DNA from: Candidatus Harpocratesius repetitus
GTDB lineage: Archaea > Asgardarchaeota > Lokiarchaeia > Sigyniarchaeales > Promethearchaeaceae
Direction: 5' to 3'
NCBI GenBank assembly: GCA_021498095.1
Contig: JAIZWK010000001.1
Span: 3,510,001-3,542,000, forward strand
Length of the DNA stretch: 32,000 nucleotides
How positions within the stretch are numbered: the first letter of the stretch is position 1; every line of letters begins with the position of its first letter. The position numbers and the translations under genes are program-made. This document shows positions 17,464 through 27,181 of the stretch, piece by piece. The notes under the pieces were generated by a model. The model was not told the DNA's origin. It ran no database searches and was given only the letters and a program-made list of their open reading frames with translations.

Positions 17464-20400
17464 ATGTCTCTGAAAAATTATCTAAACTCGAATAATCTTT
17501 ATTATGCAAGCATTTATGGACAAAAACTAAAAAAATTAACTTATCTTTTTCAAAATATTCGGGATTCTTTTCGCCCTTATATCCATTTTTTGGACAGAGC
17601 GATTGAAGCAGAGAAAGAAAGAGAGATTTCAGCCCTTTTTAAAATAGTCAAAGACGATTTTACGGTTTCTTTTAAACCAATCACAAAAAAGTTGAAGATA
17701 TTATCAGAAGGTTTTCTCTACTGCGAAGTAGAACAAGATTGGGTTCAATTATTAAATTTTGAAGACATTAACAATAATTATGAAGAATTTGATTGGTCTA
17801 ATTGTGAGAATTTTGAAATTAGTTATATGTCCGATGATGGAGCCAAAACAATAAAAATCTCTAAGAAGAATATTATAGTTTTTGAAGACGACGGAAAAAT
17901 AGATTCTATATATCTTAAGTTCCCAATGAATTATAATGATTCTTATGATTTCTATTATAAACGCGTGAGATTGCAGCTTGAAAAAGTCATTGAAGATCTT
18001 GATCTCATTGAAATAACACATCATGAATATGCACTTGATGTAATTGACATTGAGCATGCAGATTCTCAAAATAGTGTTGTAAAAATCCACTATAGCGGAG
18101 TAATCACGCCGGATGATATTGAACATCTAAGAATTAATGGATTACCGCTTCAAAACCCAAGATTCAAACAGATTTCAGATCTTGGGGATGTTTCAAAGAT
18201 ATTCATTGAAAACAATACTGGAAAAAGACAATTACAAATTCTTAGGAAAGATTTTAAAAAGAACTGTGTATTTGTAGAATATTTCCGTGAAAAAGGCGAT
18301 TATTCAATCTTTGGAGAGGATCAAGAACAGAATCGAATAGAAGTGAAAGAACTTAGATTTGAACCTATTAAAAAAATCCAATTTTTAAATAGAGATATTG
18401 AAACGTTATTCTCTCCTCAATTAATTAATGAAAATCGAAGAGGATTAAATGAATACGCCGTAGATATTAAACCATTACCTAAGAACGGTGAAAAGGTTCG
18501 AGCAGATAATGGAAACGAATATGAATGTATTATAAATAAAAAAAAAAAAAGAACTGAATTGAAGCTGAAATTATTAGAAGAAAACGAAGAAGACATGCAT
18601 GAAATCTCAGAAAAATCACCACTAGATTATTTTTTTGAGGATGATGTGAATGAAGTAATGGGTCATAAGATTTTTGAAATAGCAAAAAATAAAAAACTCA
18701 TTTGGACAATTATTAGAAAAAATCGGGAAGAACGAACAATTTCAATCAAGATCAGCAGCAAAAAAAATTATAAAAATGTAAAATATAATCTAGAACGAAT
18801 GAGTGAAAAGAATTATCCTCTTTATCTCAATCGAAATGTTTATCAATTAAAAATGGAAAGAAATTTCATCAATAGGTTAATGAAAAAACCACTAGATGAT
18901 TATCTCCCCCTTCTCCGATTAGGGGAATCTATTAAAGCAACTAAATATGAATGGGATATTTTTAACCCTTTGGATGAAAAAAAAATTGAATGGGAAATCC
19001 TTACGGAAAATGAGCGAGAAGGAACGGAAAAACAAAGACTATTTGTAGAAAAAGCATTGAATACTCCTGATTTTGCTTTCCTCGAAGGTCCTCCTGGATC
19101 TGGAAAAACAACAGCAATTATAGAATTAATTTTTCAATTAATAAAACAGAATAAAAAAATACTCTTAGCAGCTTCAACTCATGTTGCCATTGACAATGTT
19201 CTTGAAAGAATCAAAAAGTACAAAACAGAATGGTTTAATAGGATTTTACCACTCAGGATAGGAGATAGACACAATATTTCTTCAAAAATCGTAGAATTCC
19301 AAATTGATAATCTATTAAAAACGCACAAAAATGGCTTAGATGGATTGAATTCCCTTATTTTAGATGCTTCTAATTTGGTTTGTGGAACAACCATAGGGAT
19401 TTTAAAACATCCTTGGTTTGATCGAAAGAAGAATCGTAATGTAGATCGAAAAGTCTTTCCAATGTTTGATTATTTAATTATAGATGAATCCAGTAAAACT
19501 ACTTTCCAAGATTTTATTATACCTGCATTGTATGCAAAAAGATGGATTTTAGTTGGTGATATTAAGCAATTAGCACCCTATGCTGAAAATGACTATTTGA
19601 AAAGGTATTTTGAAAAATTAACAGATTATAATAATAAAAATATATTTAATTCTCATGCTCAAAAGGCAAATTATTTGATATTTTTGTTACTACGGCGCTT
19701 TTGCGATAAGTCTTCAAAAAAATTTTCAAAAAAATTAAAATTTTCTGAGAGAATCTGTTTTCCTACTGATGAATCTACTATAAAAGCGTTTTTAGAAGAA
19801 ATAAATAAAAGATATGAGCAAGATATATCAAAGGATCAAATTTTATCTCAAAAATTTCCTATTATCACAATAATAGTAAAGGATCGAACTGCTTTAGCAA
19901 ATGTCAATCCAAAAATAATTGAGATCACTGAATCTGATTTAAAAACCAATATTCAAAAATCTCTTCTATTAGTAGCATCAGATCTTATTTTAATTGATTG
20001 GGATATATATAATAGAAAGGAAAATATTATTCCACCTCATTTTTTTGTCTTAAATCATCCTAACTGGAAAAATAGTCAACAAGCTTTTCGATGGAGATAT
20101 ATCATCGACATTAATAAAAACAAAAATAATAATTCAAAACTTTTGATCGAAAATTTTGAGCGTATTAATCAAGATCTGTCTGAAAAGAACTGGGCTTCTG
20201 AGATCTCTTGGCGATTAATTAGATCCTATGAATTAAGAGCACTTCCAGATAATGAAACTTTGAAAAGATATTATAACGATTTATCTTTTCTCCTCCCGCG
20301 AAAAGATGATATCTCTCGTTTTATTATAAATGCTTGGAGTATTTCGCTACCATCAATTTTAGAGTCGTTACAATCTGGCATTGGCGAAAAATATAGAGGA

Positions 20401-21294
20401 CATATTGAAACAATTTTAAAAACGGGATTTCCAAATGAATTATTTTTTCAAAGGCATGTGAAACTAGAATATCAATTTCGTATGCACAGAGACATTTCAA
20501 AATTTCCACGAAAAGAATTCTATGACTCAAAAGCTCTTCAAGATAGCAAATTAACGGATAGAACATGGCAATATTTTAGATATAGAAGAAATCGAACTTA
20601 TGAAAGCCGCTTTACTTGGATAGATCTCTATTGGAAAGCAAAAAGGAATAGAAATGAAAAGGAGGCTAATCGATTAATCAAAGAATTAAAAGAGTTTCTT
20701 AAATGGGCAGAATCAAATCCAATGAATAATGAAGGAGAAAATTGGACTGTTGCCTGTATAACATTTTATAAAGGGCAAGAAAGACTCATTCGTGAAAAAC
20801 TTAGACAATTAACTGGTCTTACTAACAGAACGAATATCTTTTACTATGGAAATGTGGATATTCTCCTATATACTGTAGATAAAATTCAAGGAAGGGAAGC
20901 GGATATTATATTTTTATCTTTGGTTCGCAATGCACGATTTTATAATGGCAAATATCAAGGGGGAAATTTAGGATTTATGGATAATCCAAACCGTTTAAAC
21001 GTTGCCTTAACACGAGCCAAATATCAACTTGTTATATTAGGCCATATCCTAAATTTTCAAGATCAAAACAACAGTATCCATTTGAAGAATTTAACGAAAG
21101 CAGTTACAATAGAAAAACGTGAAACTCCAAACCGTCGACAAAATAGAGAAAATTGGATTAATAGCAAATCAAATCAAAGAAAAAATCAACAATTCATACC
21201 ATTTTCTGAAAAATCCCGTCGAAAACGGAAAAATTCTAAGAAAAATCATTCAAAAATTAATAAAAATACACGTAATCAATGGAGAAGAAGATAA
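17464..21294 (+). CDS. SF1B helicase of the Upf1/DNA2/NAM7 (MOV10-like) family
   Basis: GPPGSGKTT, ASTHVAIDNVLER, IIDESS, LVGDIKQL, QFRMH, TVDKIQGREAD, RLNVALTRAK; ~500-aa unknown N-terminus and basic C-terminal tail. Confidence 0.95.
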   Translation: MSLKNYLNSNNLYYASIYGQKLKKLTYLFQNIRDSFRPYIHFLDRAIEAEKEREISALFKIVKDDFTVSFKPITKKLKILSEGFLYCEVEQDWVQLLNFEDINNNYEEFDWSNCENFEISYMSDDGAKTIKISKKNIIVFEDDGKIDSIYLKFPMNYNDSYDFYYKRVRLQLEKVIEDLDLIEITHHEYALDVIDIEHADSQNSVVKIHYSGVITPDDIEHLRINGLPLQNPRFKQISDLGDVSKIFIENNTGKRQLQILRKDFKKNCVFVEYFREKGDYSIFGEDQEQNRIEVKELRFEPIKKIQFLNRDIETLFSPQLINENRRGLNEYAVDIKPLPKNGEKVRADNGNEYECIINKKKKRTELKLKLLEENEEDMHEISEKSPLDYFFEDDVNEVMGHKIFEIAKNKKLIWTIIRKNREERTISIKISSKKNYKNVKYNLERMSEKNYPLYLNRNVYQLKMERNFINRLMKKPLDDYLPLLRLGESIKATKYEWDIFNPLDEKKIEWEILTENEREGTEKQRLFVEKALNTPDFAFLEGPPGSGKTTAIIELIFQLIKQNKKILLAASTHVAIDNVLERIKKYKTEWFNRILPLRIGDRHNISSKIVEFQIDNLLKTHKNGLDGLNSLILDASNLVCGTTIGILKHPWFDRKKNRNVDRKVFPMFDYLIIDESSKTTFQDFIIPALYAKRWILVGDIKQLAPYAENDYLKRYFEKLTDYNNKNIFNSHAQKANYLIFLLLRRFCDKSSKKFSKKLKFSERICFPTDESTIKAFLEEINKRYEQDISKDQILSQKFPIITIIVKDRTALANVNPKIIEITESDLKTNIQKSLLLVASDLILIDWDIYNRKENIIPPHFFVLNHPNWKNSQQAFRWRYIIDINKNKNNNSKLLIENFERINQDLSEKNWASEISWRLIRSYELRALPDNETLKRYYNDLSFLLPRKDDISRFIINAWSISLPSILESLQSGIGEKYRGHIETILKTGFPNELFFQRHVKLEYQFRMHRDISKFPRKEFYDSKALQDSKLTDRTWQYFRYRRNRTYESRFTWIDLYWKAKRNRNEKEANRLIKELKEFLKWAESNPMNNEGENWTVACITFYKGQERLIREKLRQLTGLTNRTNIFYYGNVDILLYTVDKIQGREADIIFLSLVRNARFYNGKYQGGNLGFMDNPNRLNVALTRAKYQLVILGHILNFQDQNNSIHLKNLTKAVTIEKRETPNRRQNRENWINSKSNQRKNQQFIPFSEKSRRKRKNSKKNHSKINKNTRNQWRRR

Positions 21295-22422
21295 ATGAAA
21301 ATAATTTTAAAACGAAAAGTATTAATTCAAGTATTTGAAATAATTGCAGAAATGCAGTTTGAAGAAACAAAACCTGCTTATCAAAAAATATTATCAATTG
21401 GGAAAACAGACAAAATTACGGCAGATTCAATTTTATTCTTTTTTTCTGAATATAATGAGAATTTGCAAAAGATTCTTGCAAATAATATTATTCGCTTCTT
21501 TAAAGTTGAAAAATTTATTGACGATTCAGGGAATCTTACAGTAATTGGGAATAATATTGTTGAATTAGGTAAAGTACCCATTAAAGAAAAAGGTAAATAT
21601 CTGATCTGGTGTTTGGAAGATCCACTTTGGGGCAAATGTTGCATTCATTTCACACGGATGGATTATGATTATAATTCTCATAAAGTTGAATATGGATTTC
21701 CTTTTAGCAATATCGAAAACCGTTCTTTTATTGACTTTATTCGAAATAACCATTTCGTTATTTCAAGGTTTATTTCAAAGGATGAAAAAATTCCTTTTAA
21801 AATACAAAGCAATTATAATTCAAAGCTTAATTTATTATGGGAAATTGATTTCAATCTTGAAGATAAAAAAGTTGAGAAATCTTTTATCAAATTGAATGGA
21901 AAAATCTTAGAAGAAGTCAAAAAAAGTAAAAAAGAAAAAGAAATTGAACCACAAGAAAAAGAATTTAATATTATTAATATTAATTCTTTGATTTCAACAA
22001 TTTTCAAAAATGCTTCATTAGAATGGGATAATTCAATTATTGGAGTGAAAATAGGATTAAATGAGATAGTAAACGAGAACTCCTATGATTCTTTTAGAAT
22101 GGATTTTCAATTCAACAATCAAACTATTTTAGATTTTGGAGATTTTTTAGATATCTCATGTGAAAACGTCCCCATCATCCCAAAAGATGAAAATGTAGCA
22201 AAAGAGTGGCTTATTTATAATCTATCAAAGATTTGCAAGAATAAATTCCTGTGGTCAGATGAATATTCAAAACATCTTTCAGAATTTCAATCAAAACGCG
22301 AAATTTTGCATTGTTTTCCAAGATTGAATATTGATCAAGAAGAATTAGCACAAATTTATAAAAATCGTAATCAAATGGAGAGATTCTGGCATCTACAAGC
22401 ACCTCTCGATTTAACATTTTAA
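21295..22422 (+). CDS. Hypothetical protein, translationally coupled to the helicase
   Basis: 375-aa ORF; TAAATG junction with the helicase stop. Confidence 0.85.
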   Translation: MKIILKRKVLIQVFEIIAEMQFEETKPAYQKILSIGKTDKITADSILFFFSEYNENLQKILANNIIRFFKVEKFIDDSGNLTVIGNNIVELGKVPIKEKGKYLIWCLEDPLWGKCCIHFTRMDYDYNSHKVEYGFPFSNIENRSFIDFIRNNHFVISRFISKDEKIPFKIQSNYNSKLNLLWEIDFNLEDKKVEKSFIKLNGKILEEVKKSKKEKEIEPQEKEFNIININSLISTIFKNASLEWDNSIIGVKIGLNEIVNENSYDSFRMDFQFNNQTILDFGDFLDISCENVPIIPKDENVAKEWLIYNLSKICKNKFLWSDEYSKHLSEFQSKREILHCFPRLNIDQEELAQIYKNRNQMERFWHLQAPLDLTF

Positions 22423-22435
22423 GGAGAAGATAGTA

Positions 22436-24724
22436 ATGAGTGAAAAAAACGATTATATTAAACCCGTACAACTTTCTTCATCAAAGTCCTATATGAATGA
22501 AATCTATGAAGATTTTTGGATGGAACTGCATTCAGAAATTGACAGTTATTCAGTAAAGCTATCAAATTGCTCGATCCTTCTACATACATTTGATAGATTT
22601 CGTCAAAAAATCCGCGAAGCAAAAAAATATGTCATCATTTTAACAGATCGTTTAGATTCGGAATATTTAATCGATGATTTGCTTGAAGCTTCAGAAAATG
22701 GGGCAAGGATTTATATTTTGATAGAAGAGCCGACAGAAATCCCAAATGAAAAAAAAAAGAATTTTATCCATAATATTAAGAAACTAATCAATAAAGCATT
22801 AATTAGGATAATCCCAAGAACTCAAGTTCATTTTTTATTAATTGATCCTGATGATAAAGATAATTCTTTTGGGTTTATTACAAATTCTAGACTTCTTTTT
22901 AACTCAGATTTATTTGATCTGGGTAAATTTTTATTACAATTATCTAGAACTCAAACTATAGAAGTATTTGATTTATTCAAATTGATATTTTGGACATATT
23001 CTGAGTTTCAAATTATACACGAAGAAGATATTGAATTTCCAAAGAAAATAGAACCATTATATAACCGTAAATCTAATTTAAAGTGGAAATACCTTTTTTA
23101 TAAATTAAATAAAGATGAGGATTTTATTAGTCAGAACCTTGCTGAAAACATTCAAAAAGCAAATAGAGAAATTGAAGGTATTTTCGAACATTTTGATCTT
23201 GATAATCAAATTATAGATGCCTTCAACTCAAAAATCGATTCTATTGATATTCACTTTAACACAACTTTTTATGGATGGAGACCAAATCATTTTTCGCAAT
23301 CTTCTCGATTGAATGTTATAACTCCGATCAAAAATGATCTTTCAATTCCGATTTTAAACGGAATTTGCATAGATAAAAAGGTAGGTATCTTATTTATATC
23401 TGATATTCCAATGGATGAAAGGGAAGACTACTTCTTACAAATCGCACTTAAATTAACTGCACCTCAAATGAAGCAATTTCAAGAATTTCTTTCATACATT
23501 AAAAAAATATCAAATTACCGCTATTTTTACCAGGAAAAACTCGAAAATATTAATCATAATATAATCAAAATTGATGATAATGGGGAGATTTTACCATTTG
23601 AGTTAGATGATAACTATAAAAAACATATTGATGACATCAACTGTAAAATAATTGATGAGTTTTTAAAAAAGAAAGAATTGAAGGAACGTGATTTCTCAAA
23701 ATATCAAGAACGGTATAAGAAAAAGATTGACTTTGAATGGAGGGTAATACCTCCTAGATTACCTGATAAATCAGAAAAAGACGATTTATATCGGCAATGG
23801 GATCAATTTTATCAATCATATGAAACATATATCACAGATCTTAAAGGATTGATTCAATATCTGATCAATTATTATAATAATAATAAGTTGATACTTATCC
23901 AACAAATTATCACTGGATATCGTCAAAAAATTGAAGAATTTTCTGATGAATTAAAAGAATTTAGTGAAATAGACATTGATCAAATTGAAATTGAAAAGTT
24001 AAGAGAAAAAATTAATCGTTTGCATGAAATTCACCAAAAACTAGTAGATCAATATAGAGATATTTTAACCAAATCAGATAATTGTAAAAGAATCGATGAA
24101 TTGAAAGAAAAAATTGAAATAATAAAACATGATTACACCGAAATTGAAAACAAATTAAAAAAATATATAGAAAAAATAAAAAAGGAAAAAGAAAACTTGA
24201 ATAAGAATCAAAATAGCTTAAATTCTTTAAAGGAAGCTGCAAAGAAATTAACGAAAAAGAAAAAAAAGGATCTTTATAATGATATTGATATTCAAAAGGG
24301 AATTATTAAGAAAATCAAAAATGAAATTGAAGATCTAGAAAAAGAACGAAATAAATTAGAAAAAAGAAAGATGCATTTTGAAAATTCAATCAAAAATAAT
24401 CAAAAAGAAATTGAAAGAATTAAAAGAACAATTGAAAATGAAGGTTTTAAAGATAAGAAAGAAATAACAACACATTCCTTTGATGAATTTATGAGAAAAG
24501 GGAGAAAACAAAACAAAAAAATAAAAAAAGAAATTGAAATGAATTTACCTGCTATCCACAACAATGTAACCGTACCTTCGGAAAAGATTCCTGAAGTTGG
24601 CATTTTATATCGGTCCAAAAAAGAGCGTTTTATTGTCATACAGAAATATTCAGAAATTGCTAAAGCAAAGGAAATTGAAAAAAAATATAAATGTAAAATC
24701 GTAGTAAACGGAGGAGGGAAATAG
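22436..24724 (+). CDS. Protein with two degenerate PLD-like repeats and a long C-terminal coiled coil
   Basis: IREAKKYVII...LIDDLLEASENGARIYIL PLD-like N-terminus; QVHFLLID (22823-22846) and ILNGICID (23351-23374) at HxKxxxxD positions; E/K-rich heptads in the last third; SD AAGGAG. Confidence 0.75.
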   Translation: MSEKNDYIKPVQLSSSKSYMNEIYEDFWMELHSEIDSYSVKLSNCSILLHTFDRFRQKIREAKKYVIILTDRLDSEYLIDDLLEASENGARIYILIEEPTEIPNEKKKNFIHNIKKLINKALIRIIPRTQVHFLLIDPDDKDNSFGFITNSRLLFNSDLFDLGKFLLQLSRTQTIEVFDLFKLIFWTYSEFQIIHEEDIEFPKKIEPLYNRKSNLKWKYLFYKLNKDEDFISQNLAENIQKANREIEGIFEHFDLDNQIIDAFNSKIDSIDIHFNTTFYGWRPNHFSQSSRLNVITPIKNDLSIPILNGICIDKKVGILFISDIPMDEREDYFLQIALKLTAPQMKQFQEFLSYIKKISNYRYFYQEKLENINHNIIKIDDNGEILPFELDDNYKKHIDDINCKIIDEFLKKKELKERDFSKYQERYKKKIDFEWRVIPPRLPDKSEKDDLYRQWDQFYQSYETYITDLKGLIQYLINYYNNNKLILIQQIITGYRQKIEEFSDELKEFSEIDIDQIEIEKLREKINRLHEIHQKLVDQYRDILTKSDNCKRIDELKEKIEIIKHDYTEIENKLKKYIEKIKKEKENLNKNQNSLNSLKEAAKKLTKKKKKDLYNDIDIQKGIIKKIKNEIEDLEKERNKLEKRKMHFENSIKNNQKEIERIKRTIENEGFKDKKEITTHSFDEFMRKGRKQNKKIKKEIEMNLPAIHNNVTVPSEKIPEVGILYRSKKERFIVIQKYSEIAKAKEIEKKYKCKIVVNGGGK

Positions 24725-25336
24725 ATTATAAAAAATCCATACGAAACAGAAGTTATAGGAGATTTTCTAAATATTAATCATATCTTAGACAGATCAACCT
24801 CAAACGGTCCAGGTCTAAGAACAGTCATTTGGCTTCAAGGGTGCCTTAAGCATTGTGAAGGATGTAATAATAGAAATATGTGGCCTTTTAAAATAAAACA
24901 AAAGATTGGAGTTAAAGAATTAATAGATCGAATTAGAAAGAATAAAGAAACGTTTGAAATCGAAGGAATTACATTGAGTGGAGGGGAACCACTTCTTCAA
25001 TGGAGAATCTTGATTCCTTTTTTGCAGGAAATAAAAAAAATGGAACTTTCAGTAATATGTTTTTCAGGGTATACATGGGAAGAAATAAATTGTGCTAAAT
25101 TTAAACTTGTACTCCCACTAATTGATATTTTGGTTTCAGGTCCATTTATGCAAAAAGAAAAAGGAAACTTACCTTTAAGAGGCTCAAATAATCAAGAAAT
25201 TCATTTTTTAACTAATAGATATGATAACTCCGATATTAAAGAGCAAAGTACTGAAATCTTGATCGATACTGATGGTAAAATTACAATCACAGGATTTCCA
25301 TCAAAAGATATTTTAGATTTTTTTTCTAATTATTAA
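24725..25336 (+). CDS. Radical SAM protein, NrdG/activase-like; real N-terminus lies upstream of the tracked ATG (24878)
   Basis: In-frame NGPGLRTVIWLQGCLKHCEGCNN (CxxxCxxC at 24842-24865) precedes the ATG; GITLSGGEPLLQ and LIDILVSGPF follow. Confidence 0.85.
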   Translation: MIKNPYETEVIGDFLNINHILDRSTSNGPGLRTVIWLQGCLKHCEGCNNRNMWPFKIKQKIGVKELIDRIRKNKETFEIEGITLSGGEPLLQWRILIPFLQEIKKMELSVICFSGYTWEEINCAKFKLVLPLIDILVSGPFMQKEKGNLPLRGSNNQEIHFLTNRYDNSDIKEQSTEILIDTDGKITITGFPSKDILDFFSNY

Positions 25337-25361
25337 AAATAACAATAAATAAATAAATAAT

Positions 25362-26969
25362 ATGGAAATGAAAATGGTAGAAAAAGAATTGAACGAAATT
25401 CGCACATTAATCAGAGCAGGTGCAACAGTAATTCAAGTTGTTTCATACGAACAACAGCGTGTTCAAGGTTTTGTCGATGCAATTGCCAAAGAATTAGGTT
25501 TAAATTGGTTTGATTGGAATTATGTGAAAGGTTTGCAAAAAAGCAATGATGGCGTTTTAGAAGCTTTTAAGCATAATTTAACTGATCCAATCGACTTATT
25601 GGAAGAAATTCTAACTGACGAATCTGAAAATGGATTGTATATTTGCCACGATTTTCATCCATTTATGAATGATAATCCTAAAATAATTCGGTTATTAAGG
25701 GAAATAATAACAACGCCATTTGAACACAAGAAAGCATTAATCTTATGCCAACCAATAAAAATAATTCCAAACGAATTACTAAAGGAAATGCCTATAGTTG
25801 AGGTGGAATTACCATCAAGTGAAATTTTAGAAGTGATTGCAGATGTTGTAAAGGAAAAATTCAATCTCGATAATCAATCCTTTGATAAATCAGAAGGGTT
25901 AATCAATGCAGCTCTTGGATTAACCACAATGGAAGCACAGTTAGCATTTTCAAAAGCAATTGTCGAAACTAACCAATTAAATGAAGAATCAATTAATTAT
26001 ATAATTAAAGAAAAGGAAAACATTATTAAAAAGAAAGGTACTTTAGAATATTTCCATCCAAATGACGATTTTGAAAGCATTGGTGGATTAAATGTATTAA
26101 AAGAATGGTTACGAAAACGTGGGAAGGCTTTTAAAAAAGGGGCACAAGAATATGGGTTGGATAAACCTAGAGGTGTATTATTATTAGGAATTCCTGGTTG
26201 TGGTAAAAGTTTAAGCGCAAAAGCAATAGCAAATGTTTGGAATTTTCCCTTACTTAGATTTGATTTGGGTAAAGTGTTTTCAGGGATCGTAGGTGAATCA
26301 GAACAAAACATCAGAAATGCACTAGATATTGCTAAGGCATTAGCACCTTGTGTATTATGGATTGATGAAATCGAGAAAGGCTTGTCAGGTGTGAAGAGTT
26401 CTAATGAAACAGATTCAGGAGTAAGTGCAAGAATATTTGGTACATTTTTAACTTGGATGCAAGAAAAGAAAGAACCTGTTTTTGTGGTTGCCACAGCCAA
26501 CGATATTAGTCAATTACCACCAGAATTATTGAGAAAAGGTCGATTTGATGAAATTTTCTTCGTAGATCTTCCCACTTTATCCGAACGCGAAGAAATATTC
26601 AGAATCCATATTAAAAAGAAAAAGCGAAATCCTGAAAATTTTAATATTCAATATTTTGCAAAAATAACTGTAGGATTTACAGGCTCAGAAATTGAGGAAA
26701 TTGTAAAAGAAGCTCTTTTCCGGGGTTTTGATGAAAACCGTCAGATCCAAGATAAAGACTTCATAGGAGCAATTAAAGATACAATTCCCTTATCAGTGAC
26801 TATGGGTACTGATCTCGGTGATTTACGTAAATGGGCGAAATACCATGCAAAACTCGCAAGTAAAGATGAATTTAATGAAGATTTAAGCGAGATAACCCCA
26901 AAAGAAGATATACCAAAATTAAAGCAAGCTAGTATTAATCCCTTCATAAAACGGAATGAGACGAAATAA
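25362..26969 (+). CDS. Ycf46-like AAA+ ATPase (degenerate N-terminal AAA + active C-terminal AAA)
   Basis: Walker A GIPGCGKS, Walker B WIDEIEK, SRH TAN...LPPELLRKGRFD, C-terminal PLSVTM...LRKWA. Confidence 0.92.
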   Translation: MEMKMVEKELNEIRTLIRAGATVIQVVSYEQQRVQGFVDAIAKELGLNWFDWNYVKGLQKSNDGVLEAFKHNLTDPIDLLEEILTDESENGLYICHDFHPFMNDNPKIIRLLREIITTPFEHKKALILCQPIKIIPNELLKEMPIVEVELPSSEILEVIADVVKEKFNLDNQSFDKSEGLINAALGLTTMEAQLAFSKAIVETNQLNEESINYIIKEKENIIKKKGTLEYFHPNDDFESIGGLNVLKEWLRKRGKAFKKGAQEYGLDKPRGVLLLGIPGCGKSLSAKAIANVWNFPLLRFDLGKVFSGIVGESEQNIRNALDIAKALAPCVLWIDEIEKGLSGVKSSNETDSGVSARIFGTFLTWMQEKKEPVFVVATANDISQLPPELLRKGRFDEIFFVDLPTLSEREEIFRIHIKKKKRNPENFNIQYFAKITVGFTGSEIEEIVKEALFRGFDENRQIQDKDFIGAIKDTIPLSVTMGTDLGDLRKWAKYHAKLASKDEFNEDLSEITPKEDIPKLKQASINPFIKRNETK

Positions 26970-26970
26970 A

Positions 26971-27168
26971 ATGAGTGATGAAAAAATTATTATTATGATT
27001 GATGAAGATGGAAAAATTCAAGCAGATGCAATCGGATTTAAGGGCAATATCTGCCTTAAGGAATTAGAAAAATTACTGGAAGGACTTCCTGAAATTGAAA
27101 AATTGGATAAAAAACCAGATTTTTATCAAAAAAATGTGAAATACAAACACAAAACTATACTAAAATGA
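26971..27168 (+). CDS. DUF2997-like small protein
   Basis: IIIMIDEDGKIQADAIGFKGNICLKELEKLLE; ATG directly after the AAA stop; usual neighbour of Ycf46-like ATPases. Confidence 0.8.
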   Translation: MSDEKIIIMIDEDGKIQADAIGFKGNICLKELEKLLEGLPEIEKLDKKPDFYQKNVKYKHKTILK

Positions 27169-27181
27169 TGGTGAGAATGAT

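Noticed and set aside
17464-24724. Mokosh defence system (helicase + PLD)
   Set aside because: No kinase domain recognised in the helicase, PLD HKD motifs are absent, and five extra coupled genes do not fit; kept as an unnamed module
24725-25336. Viperin-like antiviral radical SAM
   Set aside because: NGPGxRxVIWxQGC and the ~200-aa size fit NrdG-like activases, not viperins
15189-26947. Numerous short antisense or alternate-frame ORFs inside ago, helicase, PLD and AAA genes
   Set aside because: Typical shadow ORFs of long AT-rich genes; hydrophobic F/L/I bias mirrors A-rich sense codons
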